Origin: Guillardia theta CCMP2712
Taxonomy: Eukaryota > Protista > Cryptophyta
Assembly: GCF_000315625.1 (NCBI RefSeq)
Contig: NW_005434653.1
Span: forward strand, 105,615-169,614
Direction of reading: 5' to 3'
DNA: 64,000 nt
In this document: piece after piece, positions 52,291 to 64,000 of the stretch
Numbering within the stretch: position 1 is the first letter of the stretch
Layout: each line of letters starts with the position of its first letter
Translations under genes and position numbers: made by a program
Notes under the pieces: generated by a model
What the model was told of the DNA's origin: nothing
The model's input: only the letters and a program-made list of their open reading frames with translations
Database searches by the model: none

Positions 52291-52880
52291 TTATAATGTT
52301 GTGATGCTGAGCTGTCTTCGAGAAGCCTGAACTGCGCATGTGACCGCACCTGAGCCTCGTTCCTCAGGGCCTCGTCCCCACAGCCTCCGACTCGCCGACG
52401 CAATCTTCTGCGCCGTACGGTCCCTCGCCCCAGCCCGACCCGCAGCCTTCCAAGTTCCCGGATGCGTCCATGCCGGACCAGCCATTATCCCGAGCCCAGG
52501 ACGTGCTGATGGAGGGCCTGGAGGATGCGGGGCCGGCGGGTTGTGCTCGCCGCGAGTCGGGAGCCCACATTCTGCGCGCCGCGGCACTGGAGTCACGATC
52601 ATCGGATAGCAGGCAGTCTGAATAAGAAATATTCTGTCAGCGTGAGGGACAAGCAGGCAAGGGAGCCGCTCCGCGGGGGGGGCCGGGGGGGGCTGTTAGG
52701 ACTCGCGCCATGCCGAGCCTCCGGGAGAAGGGAGGGTGTAGCAACTTTCGCTCCTTTCTCCTGTTGCCATGTTGGGTTTGTCACAGCCTGTGAGGATGAA
52801 CATCATGGCATCGTAACTGGAAGAGAGCAGCAACAGCCTGGTCCGACTGGCAACAGACAGCACATGAAGAGAGGCATAGT
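52291..52880 (-). pseudogene. SHAQKYF Myb pseudogene, paralog of 53481-53921, disrupted by many micro-insertions
   Basis: Aligns to the neighbouring gene (DQAVAALF..DVHP; MWAPD; DNGWSGM; EAQVRSHAQ) but carries at least 7 insertions of 5-11 nt. Confidence 0.85.
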
Positions 52881-53480
52881 GAGAGTTTCAAGATGCGACA
52901 ATGGGGAACGAGTTTGTCGGAGAACTGGGCCCTGGGGCTGATTTCTACTCTCCGATACCTCACCTTTTCAATGGGAAATCATCGGTTTTGACTGGCATCC
53001 AACATCGTTTCGGTGGGGGGACAGGATATGCTTCACGACTGCTGACATCTTGTCGGCGAGGCGGGCTTAACAGGACTTCGTAATAAAGACGAGACCAGGC
53101 ATAATAAAGAACGAGTCATGAAAGAAGTGGGTAATGACTCTACTGTCAGTGTTGTGCAATGTTGACATCGGTTGCGACTTTCATCACCACGAAGCTGTGC
53201 ATGACTGAAAGACTTGCACAGCTTCAGCATGGGGATTGTAGTGAGATCCTTCAGAGTGTATAATAGGATAAGGAATTTCGTACCGAAAGGGAGAAGTAAA
53301 GGGAAGGAAGGCACGCGGATGAAAGCAATTGTGTTGTGCAAAAGTGGTTTCTTCCTGGCAAGTCTTTTTTTTCATCTTTGATTATTCTTAATGGAATGAT
53401 TGAAACGTCTACACGAGAATCTATGCTCGTATCTTCACAAACTGCATGCAGCTGATAACTTCTGGCATCCTTGTGAGATT

Positions 53481-53921
53481 TTAACCTCCTCGCCTCCAGA
53501 CCTTCTGGAAATACTTCTGCGCATGTGACCGCACCTGAGCCTCGTTCCTCGTCCCCACAGCCTCCGCAATCTTCTGCGCCGTCCCTCGCCCCAGCCCGAC
53601 CCGCAGCCTTCCCGCCGCATCCTCCATGCCGGACCAGCCGTTATCCAGGACGTGCTGATGGAGGGCCTGGAGGAAGCGGGTGTGCTCGTCGGGAGCCCAC
53701 ATTCTGCGAGCGATGTGATCCTGGAGAGGTGAAGGCGACGACGGCAAGGAGAGACAAGGGGATAACGGGGAGGAGACTGAAGAGCTGTCATGCGTGTTGT
53801 CTTCGCCGCCTGCCCTCTCTTCGCTGGAAGAGCAGGGCAGATTGTAACAAGGATGAACATCGAGAGGGAATAGAGCAGCAACAGCCTGATCCACAGAAAG
53901 GGAGGAGGACGCAAACGACAT
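53481..53921 (-). CDS. SHAQKYF-class Myb transcription factor
   Basis: MWAPDEHTRFLQAL...IAEAVGTRNEAQVRSHAQKYF; N-terminal VDQAVAALFPLDVHP is shared with the tandem copies. Confidence 0.92.
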   Translation of the reverse strand: MSFASSSLSVDQAVAALFPLDVHPCYNLPCSSSEERAGGEDNTHDSSSVSSPLSPCLSLPSSPSPLQDHIARRMWAPDEHTRFLQALHQHVLDNGWSGMEDAAGRLRVGLGRGTAQKIAEAVGTRNEAQVRSHAQKYFQKVWRRGG

Positions 53922-54304
53922 GGTGGAGAGAATTGCGAGGGCGATCGAATGGAATGAGAAGCAAAGAGACCCTGCGAGGAGCAGTGGAACAAGCGACGGG
54001 ACTGGGAGCAAATGCTTTAAAAAGAGGGGCAGGGGGGAGAATCTGCCCCCTGAGAACTCGTTATTTCGATGGGAGACGAGTGGGCTGACAGTGTACGGTT
54101 CACGGTTGGCACCCGAGTACGGTCAACCCACATCGCTTGGACGGGGGAAGGATACAGTTAAAGACTGTTTACGTGACTTGGCTGACACTGAGAGCTTGAG
54201 CAGCTTAAAGTGTATCGGCGTCGGCGTGAGCGTCACCGCCGGTGAGTAGTAGGATTATACTAACTGTACTGATTTTTAACTTTACTAAGACAACTATGTA
54301 CTAC

Positions 54305-54500
54305 ACCGGGCTGTTCCGCCGCCGGGCCGGGCGGCCGGCTACGCCGCAGTGAGCCGGGCCGCGCCAGCTCACTGAGCGCCCGGCCCCGCCCACTCAAGGT
54401 TGCCGGCCGCCGGGTGCGGTGGGCCCGGGGCGAGTCAATCCGGCCCGGTCGTCACTGCGGCCCGGCCCGGGAGGCCTTGAGCTGACGAAAGATCCTGGAC
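54305..54500. repeat. GC-rich mosaic patch upstream of the Myb gene and at the truncation point of the CR pseudogene
   Basis: CCGG/GGCC-rich with GAGTCA and GTCAC words. Confidence 0.6.
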
Positions 54501-54536
54501 CGGATGCGTTTGCAAGTCGGATCACCTGAGACGTCT

Positions 54537-55894
54537 TCAGTGCGAGGCCGAGAGACCATCCAGCGCTGCCGGCAAGTTTCCTTCAAGGCTTGTTCGCCGA
54601 GCGATCCGCCAGCCACCACTGCTCCCCTCCTTCGAGTCTCCCCCCAATCCCATCACGTCCACCACGCTCTCGTACAGCAAGTCGTACTTGAAGGCTTCCT
54701 GGTACTCCTCGAGCGTCCACGAGCATACTTTCAGTTCTTTGGCCTTTTCCTCAAGATCTTCCCCAAAATGCTTCATTCTTCGAGAGCTCATCGATGTTGT
54801 GATAACAAGTCGCCGATTCTCCCAGTCACCATGGCGCCATAGCAGACATACACTGTACAAGTCTTCATGTACTTGTGTCCCCTCCACAAACCCATCCAAG
54901 GACAGAAAATACTTATGACTCTCCCCCGCCCATGCTTCAAGAACATTCTCAAGAAAGACGGCTGCCTTTTTAGCATTTGCCTCACACTTTTTCTGTACAT
55001 CGCCATCAACCTGGTAGATACTGACAATCCCCGATTTCCGGATCCGTACGCACATCGTCCGCCATCCTGCCTCCGTGCTCAGTGATTGCATGAAGGACAT
55101 GGTCGTCATCGTCTTTCCCGTCCCCGGAGTGCCTAGGATCCATCCCAAACATCCTTCCTTGCACACTTGTTCCTCGAGGAAGCCCCACTGCAAATTGAAG
55201 TCTTCCCTGCAGTAGAGCCAACATAGCTCTGCTTGCCCAGAGCTGTTTGGTATCAGCAACGACCGATCCAGACAGAATAGTTTGCCCCCCTCCTTATGGC
55301 CCAGTCGCCTTCGATCCAATTTTGTCTCTGTCCAGCGTACGCTTGTCTCCACAGTCCTTTCACGGCCTTCACGCATCTTGTGCGCATTCTGCAATTCCCT
55401 GAGGAGTTGTTCCAAACGACGATTCTCTGCTGCTTGAAGGCTTTGCCACTGTTCGTGCAGGTTCTCCCTCTCCTTGTGCAGGTTCTCCCTCTCCTTGTGC
55501 AGGTTCTCCCTCTCCTTGTGCAGGTTCTCCTGCTTGTTGTGCAGGTTCTCCCTCTCCTTGTGCAGGTTCTCCTGCTTCTTTCCGAGTTTTTCTTTATCTG
55601 CTAGTATTTGGTTTTTTCTCTCCTCCAGATTCATCTGTATGGCCCTCCAGTACTCTCTGTTAGCCCCTTCCTCAACAAGCTTCAGCGCGGCCTCAGCCTT
55701 CCTCTGCATAAGTTCCTTAAGCTCTGTTTGAAGGTTCTCCTCCTGCGTCTCCAGGTTTTCCTCCTGCGTCTGAAGGTTCTCCTCCTGCGTCTGAAGGTTC
55801 TCCTCCTGCGTCTGAAGGTTTTCCTCCTGCGTCTGAACGGTAGGTTTTCCTTCTGCGTCTCAAGGTTTTCTTCATGTCGTCTTCGCTTCGCCAT
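54537..55894 (-). pseudogene. Divergent CR/Crinkler-type coiled coil + P-loop NTPase, frameshifted and 3'-truncated (no REase)
   Basis: 21-nt heptad repeats (ENLQTQE, ENLHKER), LYCRE, WILGTPGTGKT, LSLDG, LVITTSMS, VCSWTLEEYQEA, then an out-of-frame AGSAGW (AGGSARW-like). A 5-nt insertion at 55838-55842 breaks the frame from ATG 55894. Confidence 0.75.
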
Positions 55895-55904
55895 AGCAGT
55901 TTGT

Positions 55905-56200
55905 CGCTGGCCGGGGCCACCTACTGGACCCGGCGCCGGGACTCAGGGACTGAGTCATCATGGCAGCAGGTCCGGGCCCGGAGCCGGGCGACCCCCGGCC
56001 CCGCCGGGGCGTGACCTGGTGGACTCCGTGTGAGTGTGCCACTCGGGCCCTCAGCCGAGCTTTACTCAGGAGCGCTGAGGGCCGGCCAGCGGGGAAACCC
56101 TGACATCCGGGCCCCGGCCATCCACCATGATGGCCGGGCACTGGGGCCTCATTGCCAGTGACCGGCATCGGCCGCCACTCAGCCTGGCAGTGACTGCTTG
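55905..56200. repeat. GC-rich mosaic patch in a divergent promoter region
   Basis: Same vocabulary; lies between the CR start (-) and the 56289 start (+). Confidence 0.65.
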
Positions 56201-56288
56201 AAGTCTTCAATGACTTTTACTCAACTTGGCAAAGTGAGAACAATTCCATTAGCTCGCTTGGTTTCCGCTTCATGCTGTCGGGTGGGTG

Positions 56289-59200
56289 ATGCGACTCATC
56301 GTCATCGCCACCTTGGCGATGGCGATCGCGACGCCAAGGGAGCATGGAAACATGCTAAGTTCCTCCCTTCTCCCTCCCTCCTCCCTCTCTTCTCCCTCCT
56401 CCTCCTCCTCCTCCTCCTCCTTCTCCTCCTCCTCCTCTCTTCCTCAGTTCATGGCATCTCGCTCCAGACTTATGCCACCTGGAAGGGCGCTTCTGCATGT
56501 TCTGAGGGGAGGACGTGGCGGAGATGGCAGGAGTCCTGCTAAGGCGATTCGATGGGATGATGAGGGGATGCTCGAGTTCGATAGGCAACTCAAGGACTGC
56601 GGGGCGGATGAGGTGGAGATAACGGAACCAGACACGCCATATCCTGGGTCAGACCTCTCTCACTCGTTATCTTTGCCCTCCATCTTCCATGTCTCTGCTC
56701 TGTCTCTCCTGCTCTCTCCTCTCCCAGACCCTGACGGCCATTCACGACGTGCAGGTCTCCGCGTTCTTCAAGTGATGTCGGATGTGACGAGCATGACTTG
56801 CTCTATGTCCCCAACATGACCTTTGTGACGGGTATGTGAAGTAACATCCTTGTGCTGGCACTCTGACCTCCTCTTCCTCTTCCTCTTCCTCTTCCTCTTC
56901 CTCTTCCTCTTCCTCTTCCTCTTCCTCTTCCTCTTCCTCTTCCTCTTCCTCTTCCTCTTCCTCTTCCTCTTCCTCTTCCTCTTCTGTGTACTTTCTCTCC
57001 CAATTTCCTTCCCTCCCTCCTCCTTCCCTCTATCCTTTCGTCCTTCGTGCTCTCCTTCTATTGTACCTCCCAACACCTGCACCCCTCCTATCTCTTTGTT
57101 TGTCCCTTCTCGTACTTCCCTTTCCCTCTACCATCAGTTGAGAATGGAGGGAATTCGAATCAATCGAAATCACCAAAACTCATCAAACGGAAACAAAAAC
57201 CAAAGTGAATGCGCACTTCTGACAAGATTCCGTCGGTAATGTTTGCAATGACGCGCAGAGACGAATCGAGTTCATCGCATGTTGTGAACAAGTGGAACAG
57301 TGATATCCATAAAATGATATCGCAGATCTGCATCGATCCAGAGCAGGTAGGGGAGGAGGAGGAAAAGGCAGCGGAGGAGTTGAAGGCGGAAGGGGAGGTA
57401 GAGGGGGAGGGGGAGGAGAGGAAGGGGAGGAGAAGAAGGAGAGGGAGAGGAGGAGGGAAAAGGAGCACAAGAAGCATCTGAGTGAGCTCAAACAGTCCCA
57501 ACGTCATGAGAATCTGGTGGACACTTTGCAGAAGTTGGCAAAGAAGTCGTTCGGGAAAGGTTGCCGACAGCAGCTAGTGAGCTGGGCTGAGAGTTTTACA
57601 GCTGCAAGGATGAAGATGTTTGGTTCCGCCGCTGCTGGTGCTGAGGGTGGAGGTTGAGAGCTGGGCAAGAGCTGATGCTGGTGCTGGGCAGGATTGTGTA
57701 CGGTGGAGAGCGATCTCGATGTTTGCCTGTCTCTGGGGAGCAGGTGGGAGATGAAGATTAGCGACAAGAAGAGGTAAGGGGTTGAAAGAGCCGCAAGTGC
57801 GAAGGTTGTAAGAGCGTGACGTGTTTGATCAGCACAGAGAAAGGGGAGGATCTGCACAAGGATGTCTGGCGCCAAGAAAAGATCGACATGTAACGGGGAT
57901 CTGATGGAGACGATGCTGTTTCATGTTCATTCGAACCGCAGTCTGCGCGTCTTCGAGCGAAAGATAAGGAGATTCCTGAACTTCAAGACGACTTGTATCT
58001 TTGGAGCACGATTCCCCATCGTCACTGTCAGAGATGGTGCAAGGAAGCGACTGGTTCTAATCAAGGGTTATGACTTGGAATGTTTCAGATGAGGGCACGT
58101 GCGTCGACATCAGCGTGCAATCTCGACAAAACTTTGGAAGGTTTGACCTGAATGCTTTCTTGTTTCCATCATGTTTGCATTGCCACTGAGACAACCTTCA
58201 ACAAGGTTGGTCGCCAGACTGTTGAAACTGTACACAAGAGATGAGAAAGTCAGGAAGATTGTACGAATTAATCTCTTGGCGCCTCCAGCTTGTCACAGCA
58301 TGGCAGATGTTGTTTGTGAAAGTATGGAGCAAGCGGAGATCCATCAACCAGGCTCAAGACAACCCTAGCATGCCATGGCAAAGAGTGATTTTCCGCCAGG
58401 CCTTTGAGGGGACTCTAAACTCTTTCTCCTTGTCGCTCCTTCTCATCTATCATCTAATGAGGATGAAGGTGAGACGGAACTCTTATCTCCCGCGTCTGCT
58501 GACTTGTCTTCTTCTCACTAGATGGTTCCTGATGTCTTCGCAAGAGAAGGAGGTCAGACTTGTCTCAACTACAGTCAGAGTCGCCGCTGAGATGCTCACA
58601 GACGACGAGCCTCCACTTGCTGTGTTGAGATGCGCCGATGGGGTGAGTTGCTGGGGCGCCAGTGGTAGTAGACTAAGAGCTGACCTGACAGATTTTCCGG
58701 CCTGTCTGGTTTCAAACGGACGAGGCGAAACTTGCTAAGGTGCGCGATAGGGGATAAGGAAATCATATGTGATTCATTGCATCGTTTCTACTCCCATCAC
58801 CGTCCTGATTTATCGCTGCGAGCCCTGATCACTGCTCTCGTCTGAAGGACCGAGATCCCTTCAAATCTCCTCCTTTCTGTCTGTTTGCATCCTCCCATGA
58901 TATATCCTCTTCCATTCCTTGCTTTCTGTAACCTTCCCTCTTGATGAACCTTCAATCATTTGTTTATTTTCTCCTTCTAATTGGTCTTTCCTCATACTCT
59001 CTGTGACATGGCAGGATACTCTGCGACAAAACTTCGACATCGCGGAGATTCTTTGCAAATTCTTCAGATACTTTGCGCTTGTGAGTAGAAAAAGATTTCA
59101 AGGAATTCTCAGGTGAAACTTCTGAGCAGGAGCATGATTGGAGCAAGAGAATCTCAATAAGAGAAGATGTTGTACAGCCAGACAACGAAGTTAGCAAAGA

Positions 59201-59810
59201 TTATGTGAGAGTCCTATCTCATTCCCCTTCTGTCCTGTCCTGTCCTGTCCTGTCCTGTCCTGTCCTGTCCTGTCCTGTCCTGTCCTGTCCTGCTGTCTTT
59301 CTGTCCTCTGTCCTCTATCCCCTCGCTCGCTCACTCGTTACCCTCACTCTCCACAGGTGTTGTGGGTTGCGGATCCTCTTGACATTTCAAACAATGCGGC
59401 TCGTTGTGTCGACGAGGAAGGTCCGTTAGTGGAGAAGAGGAAGAGGAGAGAAGAGGGGGAAGACGAGGAGAGGGGGAGGGAGGAGAGGGAGAGGAGGGGA
59501 GGAGGGGATGTATGGAGAACGGGAGTTGGATGAAGTCTGAGGTTGTAGGACAGGTCTTGAAAGAATCCGCTCGGAATTCAAGAGGGCATCCGCAATTTTT
59601 GAGAAGTAAGCATGAGGAGGAGGAGGAGTGGCAATCGTTGACAATTGACTGCAGGAGAGAAGGCCTAGAAGAGATCTGGAAGGTACGTGGAGAGGAGGGA
59701 GGTATGGAGCGCTGAACGCTGTGCAGCCACTTGGGAATAAGGAAAGGAAGAGACTGGCGAGGCGACTGGAAGAGAAGAGGAGGACGAGGAAGAAGAGGAG
59801 GAGGTCTTGA
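56289..59810 (+). CDS. Cid1/TUTase-like non-canonical poly(A/U) polymerase with N-terminal signal-like peptide and inhibitor-2-like motif (may be two genes)
   Basis: MFGSAAAG..LCTVESDLDVCL (GS..DxD), GARFPIV, VDISV, FVKVWSKRRSIN, GTLNSFSLSLLLIYHL, ILCKFFRYFA, VADPLDISNNAAR. First exon MRLIVIATLAMAIA...KAIRWDD..ITEPDTPY. Confidence 0.78.
56868..56982. repeat. (CTCTTC)n microsatellite, intronic
   Basis: Seen directly. Confidence 0.95.
59230..59292. repeat. (TGTCC)n microsatellite, intronic
   Basis: Seen directly. Confidence 0.95.
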
Positions 59811-61252
59811 AAGCAAGCGTATCAAAATGTCTTCCATAAGTCTGGAACGTCTTGCATGTCCGTCTTGCCGCCCATCAACATCTTGACCACGCCTCCTCTG
59901 TGTGAAAACGATCACGAGGAAGGGAAAGGAAGGGAAGAAAAGGGAGGAGGATGAGTGGGAGTGGGATGGGGGGAGGAGGAACAGAAAGAAAGGAGGGGGA
60001 GGGGGAACAGAAAGAAAGGAGGGGGAGGGGAGGGACAGGGGAACGGGGTGAATGAGACAAGGAGGTTACCTTTCCTTCCCGAACTTTTGCTTCATCTCCT
60101 CGTTGACTCTGCGAGCATTTCGATTCTGTTCTCTCTTGCTCCACAAGATTTTAGCCTGCTCGCAATCAGAAGACAATGGAGAGACGTTCTCCACAACCTC
60201 TCGCAGCAACGACTTCATCTCCTCCGTCTCCTCCAGGTTGCGGCTCTTTGCTTGCTGTTGGATCATAAAGACTCTGTCGAGATCTTCGTCGCTTCCTCCT
60301 TCTCCCCCAGGATCGTCTCCTTTCTCCCACGCCTCCCTCATCGCCACGAGCATCCATGCGCTGAAAACGTCGGGGTCTGCTCTGAGATTGAAATCAAAGT
60401 GAATTGTTCAACACTCGAGGTCCTCCTGCACCACCACCACCTCCTCCTCCTCCTTCACTGTTATCGCCTCTTCCTCCTCTTCCCTTCCCCGCCCTGCCCC
60501 ACCCTCCTCATCTTCTTGGACTACATCAATTACAGTAACAGTTCTTACTTCACATCGCTGAAGGCACCGAAGTTATCAATGAGATGCTCTGCTTGCACAG
60601 ACACGTTCTGCCTCGTGGCCGATGCCAATTTCAGGGATCCTATGTTCTCTGCCATGCATCGGAGCAGGAGGACAAGACATTTTGAGTTGGGTCGAAGGGA
60701 GGACAGCCACTTGTGTCTAGGGGAGGAGGAAGGGATGGAGAGACGGGGAGAGATAGGCAGCACGACAGATATAGTGCGGGGGGTGGGCGGGGAGAGGAGG
60801 GGCAGAGGAAGGGGGAAGGAGCAAGAGCAGGAGAGCAAGAGAGCAGAAGAGGGAAAGAGAGCATGAGTCAAGGTGGATTGAAGGAGTCAGGAAAGTGAGA
60901 GAGAAGAGACGGGAGGAGGAGGAGTACCAGGAGTCGAGAAGAAAGGATCGAGAAGAGGAAAAGAAACGACCAGAGGCAGAGTCAGCGAGGCAGAGCACAC
61001 CATGGCAGACTTACGAGGTGAGAAAGTTCTGTGACGAGGCCTGCAAAGAAGGATGAGAAGCAACTCTATAGAAGGGAGGCAGGCAGGCAGGCAGGCAGAG
61101 CGGAGCAGGAAGGAGGGGAGGAGAATATGTTGTCTAGTTGTTTTCACCTTCCCGATGGTGCTAGTCGTGTAGACCCTTGAGGAGAACATGGTCAGGCAGC
61201 GAAGTTGCGGACAGCAAAGAAGAAGGAAGGAGAACAGCCGACTACGAGCCAT
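59800..61252 (-). CDS. Hypothetical multi-exon protein with signal-like N-terminus
   Basis: MARSRLFSFLLLCCPQLRCL...; exons HKWLSSLRPNSKCLVLLLRCMAENIG... and LVAMREAWEKG...EEMKQKFGKE bounded by GT/AG. Confidence 0.4.
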
Positions 61253-61499
61253 GGTCTCGATCAAAAGCATTACCATCGAAGAAGACAAGAGATGCGATCA
61301 ACTCAAGAAAGACATCTCATGTTTGGACAGGCAGGCAGGAAGAAAGGCAAGCTGACTGACATATGGATTGACTGACAGATTGACTGACAGATTGATAGAA
61401 TAAGAGATTGAAAGTTTGACAGACTGACAGAACAGCAGACAGCATGACTGAAACAACACGAAAACAATCATACGATCCAAGAAGCGAGGACAAACATCT

Positions 61500-63335
61500 C
61501 AATCTCCTCAACATCTTCACTCACGAATTCTCCATCCTAAACTGCCATGAGTCAACCATGGCCAGGAGGCGCTCGACGTCCCACAAGATCAAGCCGGTTG
61601 TCTTGCTAGCTGCCACCATCAAACACTCTCAGAGACAGAGCAGAGCAGCAACCGGCTGCTCTACCAGCGAACGCCGAGAGGCAGATCGCTTCCAAGGTCC
61701 CCACGTCCGCCTTAACTTTGTGCTTAGGAAATTCGTGCACATACCTGGAGGCAAGTCAGCACTCCTCCTCCTCCTCCTCCTCCTCCTCTCCCGAGCAAGC
61801 ACGGACTTTTCTACGATGGCCGAGTCCTCTTTGCAATGCCAGAGCGCCTGCGCAGCCGCACCCAACATCAGGGCCGCCTGTCTGTGGGAACAAGGAGAAG
61901 GGTTTTCATACGTGGGCTGCTATCTCCAGCACCAGGTTCAACGACGTCGTCTGCAAGACGTTCAGAGCAGCTATAACAGGGCCTGAGTGCTGGCTACTGA
62001 CATCCAGCTCTATCGCTGGCCTGCCTGCTCCAACGGGGGCTGGGGAGGGCGGGTCAGGCTGTGGTTCTTAGGAGGACTCGATGGAGGGGGGAGCAAGGTG
62101 CAGAAACAAGGCACGAACAACTCACGTGACCATTCCTTGTACGGTATCCTTCCTATCATCGCTTCTGCCTGTGTCAACGCTCACTCTATTTGAATGAATA
62201 CAATATCACATGGCATTTGTTCTTGAGCTAACACAAACAACACAAGGATCAAACACATCACAATCATCGGACACAAGTTGTCATTCCTGTCTGTAGGGAG
62301 CATCTGCGTTGATAACATGATCCTTGGTCATCGTAAAATACTCGAGAGTCCGATCCATCTCACTGCATCCGCACATTCCCTGCAACCATTCAAGTCAAAC
62401 AAGCGGAACGTGCACATCGCCAGCACGGCAAACAGAACTTGACACGTACAGCCGTCACAGCAAGTTCTCCTTCTCAGCTACCAACCTGGACAGCACTTGC
62501 TCGCATCACACGCAAAAAGCAGTTGACGGTAGTGACGTCCGGCCAACATCCGAGCTAGCAGCACTTGTTAGGAGCTCCAGCAACCTCGCACCATCCTCAC
62601 CCTCTCCATGGTGTATATAACGCGTAGAGCTTTCTTCTGGCAGTCGTCATCTCCTCTCCTGCCGACATCCTCAGCTGCAGGAAACAGCCTCAGGCCCGCA
62701 CCATGCCACGAGCTCAGCTGCGTTCACGAGACAGTTGTAGGCTTTGCGACCGGGCGGCGAACCTTGAGTATAAGGGTGAGGAAGAGGGATGAAGATCAGG
62801 TTGAGGAGGAGGGAAGAGGAGGGCGGAGCTTGTTACACACCCGTCTTCTGTATGCATTGATCGAAGACATCGATGAACTTAAGTTGAGCATAATCGAACG
62901 TCTTGTTCTCGTCATCGATCATGTCCTGCAGGACTTGCTCCATCTCCTCCACCCCTGCCAACAACTTAAAGTCAACCTCCATCCTTCGGACGTCTCATGC
63001 GCGCGATACCAACATCTGATGCGATCGCTTGCTCTGCAAAGGCATGAGCACTGGCACTCGGCGCTAAGATCGGCTCTATGGTTGCTCGTTTTTCTGCCAA
63101 GACCAGCTCAATACCGATGAGTGAAGAGGATGCGAGTACCGAGGAAGCTGATCTGCGATCCTGCTTCCTGGAAGAACTGTTTCCTGCTTTCCTGGAGCGC
63201 TATATCCCATGGCTTCATCTCTTCCTGCTCCATCATGGCAGATCGAGTAGAGGGTGCGAGACTGTTCTGCGGCAAGCGCGAGGGACTGGCAGCATGGAGC
63301 ACCAGCGCAAAGACACATATCGTCGCTGCCTTCAT
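61500..63335 (-). CDS. Hypothetical organelle-targeted alpha-helical repeat (PPR-like) protein, multi-exon
   Basis: Signal-like MKAATICVFALVLHAASP; exons include PPGRKAYNCLVNA and GMCGCSEMDRTLEYF, which resemble PPR motifs. 3' end approximate. Confidence 0.4.
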
Positions 63336-63761
63336 GGCGAGAGCTACAGATGGCTTCTTTTTGTTTCCTACTCTCTTCCTCCTGCCTCTAGTCAGCCCCG
63401 CTCCCGCTCCCGCTCCCGCCTTGCCCCATGCTCCCGCCAATTCTGCATCCGGATCTTTGCGGTCGGAAACCACGGCATAAGTTAGGACGAAAATCAATTA
63501 TCATGGGCAATATTCAATTTATCCCTAATAATTTAGTGAATAACTCAAAATGGTTTGTGTTCTTTGTTTAATATTTTATGTCTTTGTTGTAAAACCTCAA
63601 GTTGGGCAATGAGGGCGCGGGAGAAGCAGGGCAAGGGAGGAGGAGGGGGAGGAGGAGGAGGAGGAGGAGGAGGAGGGGAGGGGGGGGGGGAGGGGAGGGA
63701 ACGGAGTACCTCTCACCACTCTATGATTCTCTCCACCCTTACTCCTCTCCTGTCCTCGCCC

Positions 63762-63861
63762 NNNNNNNNNNNNNNNNNNNNNNNNNNNNNNNNNNNNNNN
63801 NNNNNNNNNNNNNNNNNNNNNNNNNNNNNNNNNNNNNNNNNNNNNNNNNNNNNNNNNNNNN
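63762..63861. other. Assembly gap (100 N)
   Basis: Run of N. Confidence 1.
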
Positions 63862-64000
63862 GGGGAGGGGGAGGAAACAGGGCAGGAAGATATGATTCTG
63901 CGAGCATAACTAGTTTTCTGTCCTCGCCATCACTCTGGCTGGTCATCGTCATCGTGGTAGCCGGTGCCATGTTGCTTCCTGACCTCAGGGGAGCAGAAGA

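Noticed and set aside
55460-55860. 21-nt periodic repeats resembling a CRISPR-like array
   Set aside because: No unique spacers; they are coding heptad repeats in a eukaryotic gene.
59955-60866. 303-aa plus-strand ORF
   Set aside because: Antisense to exons of the minus-strand gene and to low-complexity introns.

Overview
This is eukaryotic nuclear DNA: gene-dense, with many short GT-AG introns (about 44-55 nt, CTGAC-type branch points), microsatellite-filled longer introns and two 100-N scaffold gaps. Bipartite signal+transit presequences with an 'A-F/S-F' junction (ilvC, P4H-like gene) suggest an alga with a red secondary plastid, most plausibly a cryptophyte (inference). Recognisable genes: a partial prolyl-4-hydroxylase-like oxygenase, an ANK/J-like/UBA/WW scaffold, five SHAQKYF-class Myb copies (a ~1.99 kb tandem triplication, one dispersed gene, one pseudogene), an EsV-1-7 repeat protein, ilvC, an alpha/beta hydrolase, iadA, CCB1, a DUF829/TMEM53 protein, a ~1400 aa ARM-repeat protein and a Cid1/TUTase-like nucleotidyltransferase. 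The main accessory locus (21.1-30.8 kb) is a head-to-tail pair of decayed Helitron-like (PIF1) units. Each carries a Crinkler/RHS-type coiled-coil + P-loop NTPase + REase gene; copy 2 has an intact candidate plastid-targeting presequence that is frameshifted in copy 1. Paralog comparisons also show a recurrent 5-11 nt 'duplication+spacer' micro-insertion signature whose words match GC-rich mosaic patches near gene 5' ends. A spliced 40-aa micropeptide gene missed by the ORF track lies at 17.8-18.0 kb. Domain calls come from motif recognition by eye, not database searches, and exon boundaries of hypothetical genes are approximate.
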